Assembly (NCBI GenBank): GCA_030704615.1
Contig: CM060731.1
Coordinates: forward strand, 41,230,001-41,294,000
DNA: 64,000 nt
Source: Takakia lepidozioides
Taxonomy: Eukaryota; Plantae; Bryophyta
Direction of reading: 5' to 3'
This document shows positions 34,856-49,700 of the stretch, piece by piece. The translations under genes and the position numbers were made by a program. Position 1 is the stretch's first letter. Every line of letters begins with the position of its first letter. The notes under the pieces are model-generated. The model was not told where the DNA came from. It made no database searches and was given only the letters and a program-made list of their open reading frames with translations.

Positions 34856-35875
34856 ACGTTCTACCAACAAGGGTGAGAGCTTCCAAGCGTGAGAAGACAG
34901 TCAATCTAGATGAAACTCTAAAACTCCTTAGACATCCGCAAGGATTACAACGACAAGTCGACCAGTGTCATTTCTCATGCCTGAGTTTCAATCCCTTGGC
35001 AGCACTGCAACATAGCTTAAGAGTTGATGAGGCTGATCAAACCTTCCCTCCAAACAACCCAACAAACTGTGAGAGAACACTGGGAATGCAAGCGGGGTTA
35101 AATGAACAGGGTTGGACTTGTTACTGGTATGCAGGCCAGGCAATGAGCAAAAGAACGGCTGTGAAAATCCATCCCAACTGCTTCAACAGCAAGAGAGAGT
35201 ACGGTATGTCCTTCAAGGTGAGAGTATCAGGAACCTCAGCAACATCCTTCAAGGTGACAGTATCTTCTTCAATTTCATATCACACCTATATACAGGTGCA
35301 TTTTATCAGCAAGTTTGGATAAGGAGAGCAGCTTGACACAGATGATAACGCTTGCAATTTCTTTCTTTCAATCATCCTGTCACATAACATTTCCCATTGG
35401 AAAGAAGGCATGATAGAAAGCTTTGCTTTAAATGTATTACAACACCCGCATTTATAGGTTGCAGGAGCAACAGCAGTTACTTCAATATGCTCCCAATACA
35501 TCCTGGGCCTAATAGCTGAAAATTGTAATGGTACACATCAATGTGTTGATCACCCCTGATCTCAGACTGAAGGCTACAGGCAACTGGAAGTAGTGAATGG
35601 GGGGAGCAAGCCCACCTATTCTCTACCCCCTCGTCCATTTCTCACTCAGCAACAGTACACTTCAACAATGTGTTCAATTGACCCCTGGTCTCAAAAGTGC
35701 AATCTACAATCAACTGGGAAGGTCAAGGATGAAGGGAGCAAGGCCATGTTCTCCACCCCTCCTTCAATTTTGCACTCAAGTAACCCTCTTTTCTCTTCAG
35801 ATCATGGTTAAATAATCAACCAATCTTGAATGTTTCCCGCATTAAAATTCTAACCTGTGGTGAAGTTTAATTTTT

Positions 35876-40040
<4,165 letters not shown>

Positions 40041-40850
40041 CACAACTATCCCCTCCTTAAACCCAGACGAAACACTCCTGCTAACTTCTCAAATCTTCCA
40101 CAGCACAAACCGAGGAAACTCTCGATGCAACAACACTCAAACGCACAAAGCAAAATCAATGCGAGCTCGAACAACAATCTTCTGCTCCGCAGACTAGAGA
40201 CAAATTATGCCCTCTTCTACCCCTTCGAGCAGATCGCAGCGCCTGTAGCAAGTCCGCCCCAGTATCTAGAATCTGCGAGAGAGAACGTGAGGACAAAAGC
40301 GGCGAGGGGATCGGCTCGCAGCGGGCAGTAGACAGGAAGACACGCGGCGCCCTCGGATTGTGCGAGACATCTACCCGTCATCCGTGGTCCACTGCGTGCC
40401 GCATGATTTAGGGGTGGGGCTGCCCGCCTGCCCGCGCGATCCCCTTCTCGATGCTTCCTAGCCACCTTTTTCCACCGCTTTCCGCTACATTTGCCACCGC
40501 CGTGGACTGCGTGTGGTCGTTGGATAAGCTTTGGACGGCTCACAATTCCCGTCCTGCTGGAATTGCAGCTGGATAAACCCCGTGACGTGGCCTCTCCTCT
40601 TGGAGGCCACCGCCCATGGCCGGTTACCTCCTCTTCCTTGGGCGGTTCAATCTTTCTAATATTAATTAATTAATATAATGTATTATTAATTTTAAGAAAA
40701 TATTTATCGTTTTTCTTTTCTTTATCTTTAGTATCACCTTTTCGACGGTCTGACGTTTATCTCTATATTATATAGTATTTATATTCCTAAAAATAATTGT
40801 TGGATCATTAAAAATAAAAACAGACGAAAATTGAAAAATAAAAAGAAGTT

Positions 40851-41330
40851 TGCAAAAACAGCCTCGTTGGGCACCTCCCCCTTTCTTCCCCAAAATAGAA
40901 TAAAAAAAAGAAAAAAAGAAAAAGGAAAACACAAAAAGAAAAAGAAAAATGCAAAAACAGCCTCGTTGGCCACCTCCCCCTTTCTTCCCTAAAATAGAAT
41001 AAAAATAAGAAATTTTTGTTTTTTTTTGTTTTTTGCAAAAACAGCCTCGTTGGGCACCTCCCCCTTTCTTCCCCAAAATAGAATAAAAATAAGAATAAAA
41101 ATAAAAGAAAAAAACAAAAAGGAAAACACAAAAAGAAAAAGAAAAATGCAAAAACAGCCTCGTTGGCCACCTCCCCCTTTCTTCCCTAAAATAGAATAAA
41201 AATAAGAAATTTTTGTTTTGTTTTGTTTTTTGCAAAAACAGCCTCGTTGGGCACCTCCCCCTTTCTTCCCCAAAATAGAATAAAAATAAGAATAAAAATA
41301 AAAGAAAAAAACAAAAAGGAAATACAAACA
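40851..41330. repeat. Minisatellite: 5 copies of a core of about 54 bp, TGCAAAAACAGCCTCGTTGG(G/C)CACCTCCCC..TTTCTTCCC(C/T)AAAATAGAATAAAA, with alternating A-rich and T-rich linkers
   Basis: Cores start at 40851, 40950, 41034, 41147 and 41231; higher-order dimer period about 197 bp. Confidence 0.9.
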
Positions 41331-41510
41331 GAAAGGAAAAACCGTGTCAGTCAAAACCAGCCTAACTAAACAGGCAGAAGATAAATTAAACAAAATCATT
41401 ATCTATTTTCAAGAGCATTTTACAGTAATTATATAATGTTGGACTTGGAATTAATATCTGAATTAAAAAAGGAAAAAGAAAAGAGAATGGAAGCTGTGTG
41501 CTACAGTGGG

Positions 41511-44500
41511 TCACCAGTAGTCTCCACAAGAGCAGAGGCCATCTTGGAAGTGATGGAAGCGGTTGACATCCCGCACAAGAATTGGTCGCGCAACAATCTT
41601 TGAGATGAGCTTGGTGGCGGTGTGGCAGTCACCACACACGCGCAGGTTTTTGATGATGCGGATGGGAGTTCCAGGGGGGGTGCTGATGAGGCCGAAAGCA
41701 ATGGCCAGCTTCTCACTGTGGTGACCGAGAGAGAGTTCCTTTTGCTCCTCCTCCATGTCGTGCAGTACGAAGCGTGTGTTGGGCATGTAACCGGCCTCCT
41801 TCAACTGTCCAGACAATCTATCGAGCTCAGCGTGAATTTCGTCGATTTGGGGATGTGATTTGTCTGCTACGACAAATGTATGCACCCGTGTGTCCACCTG
41901 AATGCAGCTGTGCCCTGCCTCCTTTCTGACACCTCTGTCATCCATGATTTTTCTCACCTTCGCCTTATCCTCCCATCTCCCGGCTGCAGCATATATGTTT
42001 GATAGCAGCACATAAGTCCCTGCATCTTGTGGATTCCACTTGAGGCGGCACTTTGCCGCATGTTCTGCTAGCTCCACATTGCCATGAATTGTGCAGGCAC
42101 CAAGTAAGGCCCCCCATACTGACGCATCTGGTTCAATTGGCATTTTTTCAATGAAATCCTTTGCCTCATCCAAATGCCCTCCGCGGCCAAGAATGTCCAC
42201 CATGCACGCAAAATGCTCAGCTGTAGGATTGAGGCCATGATCTCGACTCATGGAATTGAAGTAGTGATGGCCTTCGTCCACCAGGCCAACATGGCTACAC
42301 GCACAGAAAAGAGACATAAAGGTAATACCATCCGGCTTCAAGTGTACCAGGTGCATTTGTTCAAATAGTTGCAGTGCTTCCCTACCATATCCATGTTGAC
42401 CATACCCTGCAATCATTGCATTCCATGAGACCACATCTCGCTCAGCCATGCTGTCAAACACTTGACGTGCATCCTTTACACTCCCGCATTTGGCATACAT
42501 ATGAACAAGGGTGTTCTCCAACTTGACATATGAGACAATCCCAGCTTTCATGATGTCAGCATGAACCTCTTTGCCCATTTCCAGGGCAGCCAAACTTGCA
42601 CATGCATCGAGAACACAAATGAACGTAACCTTGTCAGGTATCAGCCCTTCATGTACCATCTGCGCATACATCTCCAAAGCCTCCCCACCACAGCCAAGCT
42701 GGGCATATCCTGCCATCATTGCATTCCATGAGACCACATTTCGCTGGCTTATATTATCGAACACTTGACGCGCATCCTTTATGCTCCCACATTTGGCATA
42801 CATGTCGACAAGGGTATTTTCCAAAGTAGTATATGACGAAATTCCAGCTTTCATGATGTCAGAATGGACCTCTTTGCCCTTTTCCAGGGCTCCAGTGCTG
42901 CTACATGCATTGAGAATGCAAATGAATGTAACCCTGTCGGGCATCACTCCTTCCTGTACCATTTGCGCATAGATCTCCAGAGCCTCCCTGCCACACCCAT
43001 GCTGAGCATACCCTGAGATCATCGCATTCCATGAACAGACATCTCGTTTAGCCATATTGTCAAACACTTGGCGAGCATCCTCTTTGCTCCTACATTTGGC
43101 ATACATGTCAACAAGGGCATTATCCAACATTATATCTGGTGCAATTCCAGATTTGACAATGTCAGCATGGACCTCTTTGGCCTTCTCCAGTGCTCCTAGG
43201 CTGGCGCACGCATTGACAACCGAGACGAATGTCACCCGGTCCGGTGCCACCCCCTCCCCTATCATCTGTTCATACATCTCGAAAGCCTCCCTACCATACC
43301 CATGCTGAACATATCCTGCGATCATTGCACTCCATGAGATCACATCCCGTTTAGCCATACTGTAGAATACTCCACGCGCATCCTTCATGCTCCCGCATTT
43401 AGCATACATATCGACTAGTGTATTCTCCAAATTTATATATGAAGCAATTCCAGCTTTCATGATGTCAGCATGTACCTCTTTGCCCTTTTCCAAGGCTTCT
43501 AGGCTGGCACAGGCTCTGAGAACGCAAATGAATGTGACCCTGTCAGGCATCACTCCTTCCCCTATCATTTGCTCATACATCTCCAAAGCTTCCCTACCAC
43601 ACCCATGTTGGGCATATCCGGCAATCATCGCACTCCATGAGACCACATTTCGTTTATCCATGCTGTTGAACACTCGGCATGCATCGTTTATGCTCCCGCA
43701 TTTGGCATACATGTTGACAAGGCTATTTTCCAAATTTATGTATGACGTAACTCCCGCTTTCCTGATATCAGCATGGACCTTGTTGCCCATTTCCAAGTCT
43801 TCTAGGCTAGCACACGCATTGAGAATACAAATGAACGTAACCTTGTTTGGTGTCACCCCTTCCCCTTTCATTTGCTGATACAACTCGAAAGCCTCCCTAC
43901 CATACCCATGCTGTGCATATCCTGCAATCATTGCACTCCATGAGACAACATTCCGTTTAGACATATTGTCAAACACTAGACGTGCATCCTTTAAGCTCCC
44001 ACATTTTGCATACATGTCAGCAAGTGCAGTCTCCAGGATGATATCTGGAGAAACTCCAGCCTTGATGATATCACCATGGACCTCTTTGCCCTTTTCCAGG
44101 GCTCCTAGGCTGGAACATGCATTGAGAACACTAATGAATGTGACCTTGTTGGGTATGACCCCTTCCTGTAACATTTGCTCATACATCTCAAACGCATCCC
44201 TGCCACACCCATGCTTGGCATATCCTGCTATCATCACACTCCATGCAACCACGTTTCGTCTAGCCATATTGTCAAATACTTGACGTGCATTCATTAAGCT
44301 GCCACTCTTTGCATACATGTCGGCAAGGGTAGTTTGCAGGACGACGTCTTGCACAATTCCAGCTTTGATGAGGTCAGCATGTACCTCTTTGCCCTTTCCC
44401 AGGGCTCTCAGGCTTGCACACGCATTGAGAAGGCATATGAATGTGACCTTGTTCGGAGCCACCCCTATGTATTGCATCTGATCATAGATCTCGAAAGCCT

Positions 44501-44963
44501 CCCTACTACACCCATCCTTGGCATATCCCGCTATCATTATATTCCATGTCAACATATCTCGTTCAGGCATTTTGTCAAACACTTGGCGAGCATCAACCAC
44601 ACTCCCGCACTTGGCATACATGTTGATAAGGGTGTTGAGTAGAAAGATGTCTGGCTTGAATCCACCTTGAATAATGTGGGCATGCACCTGCTTTCCCATT
44701 GCCAGATCTTTCATGTTGATGCACTCCTGCAAGACACAGACATAGGTACTGTGGTCTGCCTGGGTCCCTTGTTGGTTCAGAACGTGCAGGGCCTCTTTCA
44801 GTTGTCCTGCCCTACATAACGTCCTCACATGCCCCAGAGTACAAGAGTTGTTATTGACTACCTCTCTTGCTTCTCTTTCGGAAGGCGTGGTGGTGACTGT
44901 GGAGGTGCTACAGCTGCCACAAGTCCAATCTTGACCAAAGTGAGCCTGCTTCAACCCTGCCAT
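41511..44963 (-). CDS. PLS-class PPR protein with E1/E2 and DYW cytidine deaminase domain (organellar C-to-U editing factor); the N-terminus may extend via upstream exons to about 46357
   Basis: About 26 P/L/S repeats in one exon, HSEKLA, KNLRVCGDCH, RFHHF, CSCGDYW*; acceptor-like TCTTTCAG just before the ATG at 44963. Confidence 0.95.
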   Translation of the reverse strand: MAGLKQAHFGQDWTCGSCSTSTVTTTPSEREAREVVNNNSCTLGHVRTLCRAGQLKEALHVLNQQGTQADHSTYVCVLQECINMKDLAMGKQVHAHIIQGGFKPDIFLLNTLINMYAKCGSVVDARQVFDKMPERDMLTWNIMIAGYAKDGCSREAFEIYDQMQYIGVAPNKVTFICLLNACASLRALGKGKEVHADLIKAGIVQDVVLQTTLADMYAKSGSLMNARQVFDNMARRNVVAWSVMIAGYAKHGCGRDAFEMYEQMLQEGVIPNKVTFISVLNACSSLGALEKGKEVHGDIIKAGVSPDIILETALADMYAKCGSLKDARLVFDNMSKRNVVSWSAMIAGYAQHGYGREAFELYQQMKGEGVTPNKVTFICILNACASLEDLEMGNKVHADIRKAGVTSYINLENSLVNMYAKCGSINDACRVFNSMDKRNVVSWSAMIAGYAQHGCGREALEMYEQMIGEGVMPDRVTFICVLRACASLEALEKGKEVHADIMKAGIASYINLENTLVDMYAKCGSMKDARGVFYSMAKRDVISWSAMIAGYVQHGYGREAFEMYEQMIGEGVAPDRVTFVSVVNACASLGALEKAKEVHADIVKSGIAPDIMLDNALVDMYAKCRSKEDARQVFDNMAKRDVCSWNAMISGYAQHGCGREALEIYAQMVQEGVMPDRVTFICILNACSSTGALEKGKEVHSDIMKAGISSYTTLENTLVDMYAKCGSIKDARQVFDNISQRNVVSWNAMMAGYAQLGCGGEALEMYAQMVHEGLIPDKVTFICVLDACASLAALEMGKEVHADIMKAGIVSYVKLENTLVHMYAKCGSVKDARQVFDSMAERDVVSWNAMIAGYGQHGYGREALQLFEQMHLVHLKPDGITFMSLFCACSHVGLVDEGHHYFNSMSRDHGLNPTAEHFACMVDILGRGGHLDEAKDFIEKMPIEPDASVWGALLGACTIHGNVELAEHAAKCRLKWNPQDAGTYVLLSNIYAAAGRWEDKAKVRKIMDDRGVRKEAGHSCIQVDTRVHTFVVADKSHPQIDEIHAELDRLSGQLKEAGYMPNTRFVLHDMEEEQKELSLGHHSEKLAIAFGLISTPPGTPIRIIKNLRVCGDCHTATKLISKIVARPILVRDVNRFHHFQDGLCSCGDYW

Positions 44964-46439
44964 TCTGAAAGACAGAAACTGGTGGTTACATACCTGTACA
45001 GTTAAACTCACGTACGTGACTCAAAGCTCCTTCATACTCCAAAGAAAGATATCTCTACAACAAGACAGTTACAAACTTACTGCAATGATCTACGTGTACT
45101 AATTCTACTGGTTTGAGTTGAAACAAAACCCCCCTAAGCCATCCTTCAAAAATTACCTGGAGTAGTCTTGGCCTAGCCCTCCATGGTGTACATCGATAAA
45201 AGCACCATCTCCAGACAGAGCTCGACCTCGTATCATGGCAGCTAGCTCTGCTGTCACCCAAGGAGGTTTTGACAAACTCTCAATCCACATGACCTCCTTT
45301 GCGGGTTTATGTCTGAAGTTTGGTAAACTTGGACTTTTCTGTGGAAAGCACGCAAGGTAAACTGAGCTGAGATAGGTGGAGCCACAACCTTGTATCTGGA
45401 CTGGGTGGAAACTATGGAACAAACTGACTTCAATGCTATTTTGGATAAATACCTGACTGGTCACTATCGCAGGTGTGACAGACAAAGATCTTAATGTCAG
45501 TGACGAAGAGGCACAGACAGTGGTTGAATCTATAGAATCATAGCATCATATGAGCTCAATTCAGAGAATGAAAACCAGAGGTAGCCCTCGCTTGTCAGAC
45601 CTATTGTCCAACCACTGGGAAGGACCTCTGATGACTCTTGCCGCAGCTGTTCTATGCTTACTCTTTGTGAGCAGCAAAATACAGACCTTCGCATCTCAAA
45701 ATGTCTGACACAGAATTGTGTGTAACATTTGTGGTGACTTCAAAGGAATGCGGTTAGATTGCTTGAACATTTTGGAACTTATGCAAGAGATTTTTGTGGG
45801 TTTTCCATGCATCCTTCCATAATTCTCAACCATGAGAGCAAACCACTTGGGTATCCCCCAAACCAGTGTACCCCACAGGCTACTGCTGCAAGCAAGCAAG
45901 TACCTCTTCTTCTCATGAAACAAATGCCCAATGGAAGTAAGCAAGATCTTCCAAAAGTTTCCGAGACTCTGAAGGAGCTCACAGCAGGCAGAAAGGGCGT
46001 AGATTACAGTCACTAAAGCCTTTGTATGATCATTCAGCGAACATCTTCCACCCGAACTGGTAGTGGTAAAACCCAATTGGATTGCTTCGGAAATGCACAC
46101 AATTTTGACAACCCAAAAGATCCTTGTCCCATACCTGTCCTTGTTTCCCCTGGAGGCTGGGGAGAAGTCGCAGCCATCACTTGCAAGCCTATGTGGCCCC
46201 GCATTGCCGATGTGGATGCCCATCTCAGCTCCACACCCTGCCCAGTCAATTTTCTGCATGGAGTGAGACATTCCGCCCACTCCCCACATTGGTAAGACAG
46301 GGCTTCGGCCATTCCTTCGCCCTGGGTGCTCAGGAGAGCCCCATAGCTCGCTGCCATCCTCTCTGTGCGCCTTCACAAACATCAAAGGCATCCCCTTTGC
46401 TGTATGGATTGACACGTCACGATCATTATCTCCTAGTTC

Positions 46440-46560
46440 GTGTTAGTGTGGTGTTTTAGTGAGTTGATTAGGGCAAATACGTGGGCTATGGCGTGCCTTC
46501 TCCCCATCTGGCCCACTTGAGCTGGGCTCGGCCGGCCCATTCCATTGTCAGGATGCCTGG
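46440..46560. promoter_or_regulatory. Putative bidirectional promoter between the PPR-DYW gene and VPS8, with site II-like TGGGCY/RGCCCA motifs
   Basis: GTGGGCT (46481), GGCCCA (46510), TGGGCT and GGCCCA clustered between divergently oriented genes. Confidence 0.4.
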
Positions 46561-46716
46561 ACACGTTGAACTGTTCTCCAATTGTGCTATTTTTCACTTC
46601 CAGGACAGTGAATCTATGAGCAGATATTGAATCAAGCGAGAAAACCTTTTGGTCCGATCCCAGATAATAATGGGATGCCAGGATTTAAGAGGCTTTGAGG
46701 GGATCAAACGTACACA

Positions 46717-49700
46717 ATGCTTTCTGAAGAGTTCGATCTGGATGCACTGCTGCAGGCGCAGAGCAGCGATGATGACTCTGACTTGCCCGAGCTTGAGCGC
46801 AGTCTTGATGAAATCCTTAATGATGCGGATCCTGGTGATGATACGTCCCCCCACACTTCCTCCATCCCGGACAGGTTTCGAACAATTGATGTGATCGACG
46901 AGGGGGCAGCCGAGAAGGCTCTTGCAAACACAGGTGTTAGTGAGCATGCCGTTTTCAAGCAGACGGCAGACAATGATCCCCCAGTTGAGTCTGCTTCAGA
47001 AATTGGGGATGGAAATGTACAAAGCGCGCCAGGGATTGCAGGAGGTGTAACTATTGCAGGTTCTCCCGCACTGGCTAATGGATGGGAGTCAAGTACAGCT
47101 GATACGAAGCTCGAGGCCACGCCCTTCGTGGACAATGTAGTGCTTGCCCCTCCTCCTGCAGCTGCCAAACGTGGCAGCAGAGGCGAGGATTATGGTGATA
47201 GAGTTGAAGCGGGAGGTGAGCTGGAAACGCTTCTGGGTGCATCGCAATTCAGTGTTGTTACAGACAACTATAGGGTTTGGGATAGAAATTCTGATATCAA
47301 TGGCAGGCCCTCATCATCTGGAGCCCCTCCTCCTCCCTTGTCTGCTACCTCTAGACTTCTGACCGGGAGCCGGCCTAGTCCTCGGCCAGGAGCTGCATTA
47401 GCTGCTGCGGCAGCAGCGTCCAGGCAGGTTTTCACCTCTCACCTTCCTCCCATTTCGAGGTTTTCGAGACCGGCGTCCTCTTCTGTGCAAAAAGGTTTGC
47501 TTTCTTATTCTTCCTTGGAAGATGACCCAGAAATCACAGTTGCCAAAGGGCCCACAGCTGCCAGCAATTCATCCGCCTCTTCACTCGGTGACAAGGAGAA
47601 TTGGGTGGGTGAGCTGACGGAGAGTGAAAAAATTCTGTTAACAGGTGACGTTGGGGAGCATTTTAGTGAAGAAGTGGAGAGTAACCTGTCAGAGGTGGCA
47701 GTTGTAGGCGAGGATTTGACTAGTAGCTTGGGAAGCTTGAGCATCTATGACGAAGGTGTATTTGCACTTGATCAATGGCAGACTGAAGAAAAAGGGTCGT
47801 TTCCTCAGTCACAGGACAGTGCGGAGGGCTTTACAGTGGCTCCAGAAATCCAGCTACATGCATTCCCTGGTTTCTCGGGCTCTAATTCTCTGGAAGGGCC
47901 TCCTGGTGATGTCAGCCTGTGGCATGGAGAGTCAATCATTGCCTTTATTGACAGCGATAATAATTCAAACAGTGAGAATAAACAAGGAGATCAGGGAGAC
48001 AATAGAACAGAGCAAGGTCAAGTTGAAACAAGGAATGTGGATGATTCAGTGAGTCCCAGTCCAGACACTGAGTCGGCCCTTCAGGACATGTCAATTGACA
48101 CTTTGTGGATTGGCATGGCTAATGAGCAGCATGACACAGGTTCAGGAAGTTCCTCTGACAAGGAGTCCAATGAGCCAGAGTCAGGATTCATAAACAGTTT
48201 GACTGATGGATCAGGCATTCATGTGAGATATCATGAGGTAGATGCTTCAGAATCCTCAAATGTGTTGGGGCTGGGTGAGCAAGAGTACAATTACAGAGAA
48301 CAGGATCAAGGACAGCAGCCAACTGCTTTGGATCAGGCTGAGGAGCTAGAGAGGCGGACAGCCAGCTCTGGTTTGCATTGGGAGGAGGGTGTAGCAGCTC
48401 AGCCTATGAGATTGGAGGGAATTCAAAGGGGGCCACCTGCAATCGGTCTTCTGCAGCTTGATTCTGCTGGCTCCCTCTCACATGCTCTGGCATCACCGGT
48501 GATGAGGCGTGACCATGGGTCACCCCAAGCCCTTGCTGTTCATGCCAACTTTATTGCAGTGGGCATGTCCAAAGGAGCTGTGCTGGTAACACCCAGCAAG
48601 TACTCTGCCACCCGCAGTGCGGATGATATGGAGTCCAAGGTCCAATGCTGACCTCTCTTTAATTGTGTTGAAGAGAGCTGTTAAATGACCTAACCCTCCA
48701 CACCATAGCTACTCAAGCTGTTCACATCATTAGTATGTTCCTCTTTTGTGATGTCTTTCAATTGCATTTTCTTAGTTTCTGATCCAATTTCTCCACTTGA
48801 TAGCTGCAGTAAAGGAAAAGTGTACCAAAATTGAAAATCATAACTGTTTCTATGGAAATTTGGTTTAGGGCTCAGGTTTTTATCACTATACTGTAAAACA
48901 GTTGTTTGATAACTAGCATTGGTTGAGGTGGCCACTTGTAAGCACGAACAAACTCTCTTTTAGCACTGTTTGGAACATGTATTCAATACATGTTGGTTCT
49001 GGCTTTTCTAGAAGTCCAAGAATGTACAGTACGTTCTATTACCTTACAAACCTGTCTCCATCTTCCCTCCAGGGGAAAGGACATGAGCTGTTCGTCACAA
49101 TTCAATCCTCCACATTGCAGGCTTTTCTGCTTGGAGCGGGATCTGACAAAGTCGGGGCAGCTGCTAGTGCCATGTGCTTCAACCAGCAGGGGGACATGTT
49201 GTTAGTTGGCTATGCCAATGGGGCTCTTTCTTTGTGGGATATTCCAAGGGCCACAGTGGTCAAGTCGGTATTGGGGGAGCACACAGTGGCAATTGTGCAT
49301 GCTTTGTTTCTAGGCCAAGATGTGGCAGCCACACGCCATCTGAAGGCCATCACCTCTGATTGCAAAGGGCTGGTGGTCCTGCACGCCTTCACTCCGGTCC
49401 CTTTACTGCGCCGCTTCTCCTACTTTCCTCAGGTTTGTCTGGAGAAACTTCCTTTGTGGTGGCCACACATGCAATACTACTGTTTTCGTTTTATGATTGA
49501 TTGAAAACTTGTGCTCCTTAAGAGATTGAAGCATCTAGATGGCCAAATCAATACTCCAGGATGCACAGTACACTGGGCACACTGTGGGTCTCTATGCAGA
49601 TGTCCCTCTAGTAAACCTTAGGAACATCTTTTTAGATGGAATTTTTTATGAAGTAGCATGACATCTACATGGGGTCATGTAAAAGCTTGTGTGGAGAATG

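Noticed and set aside
40851-41330. CRISPR-like repeat-spacer array
   Set aside because: Linkers are low-complexity and themselves repeated, repeats are about 54 bp, the context is eukaryotic and there are no cas genes
40768-41399. Phe-rich ORFs on the minus strand
   Set aside because: Translations of the A-rich minisatellite
41622-44642. Repetitive plus-strand ORFs (MLPHLAY...)
   Set aside because: Antisense shadows of the PPR repeats
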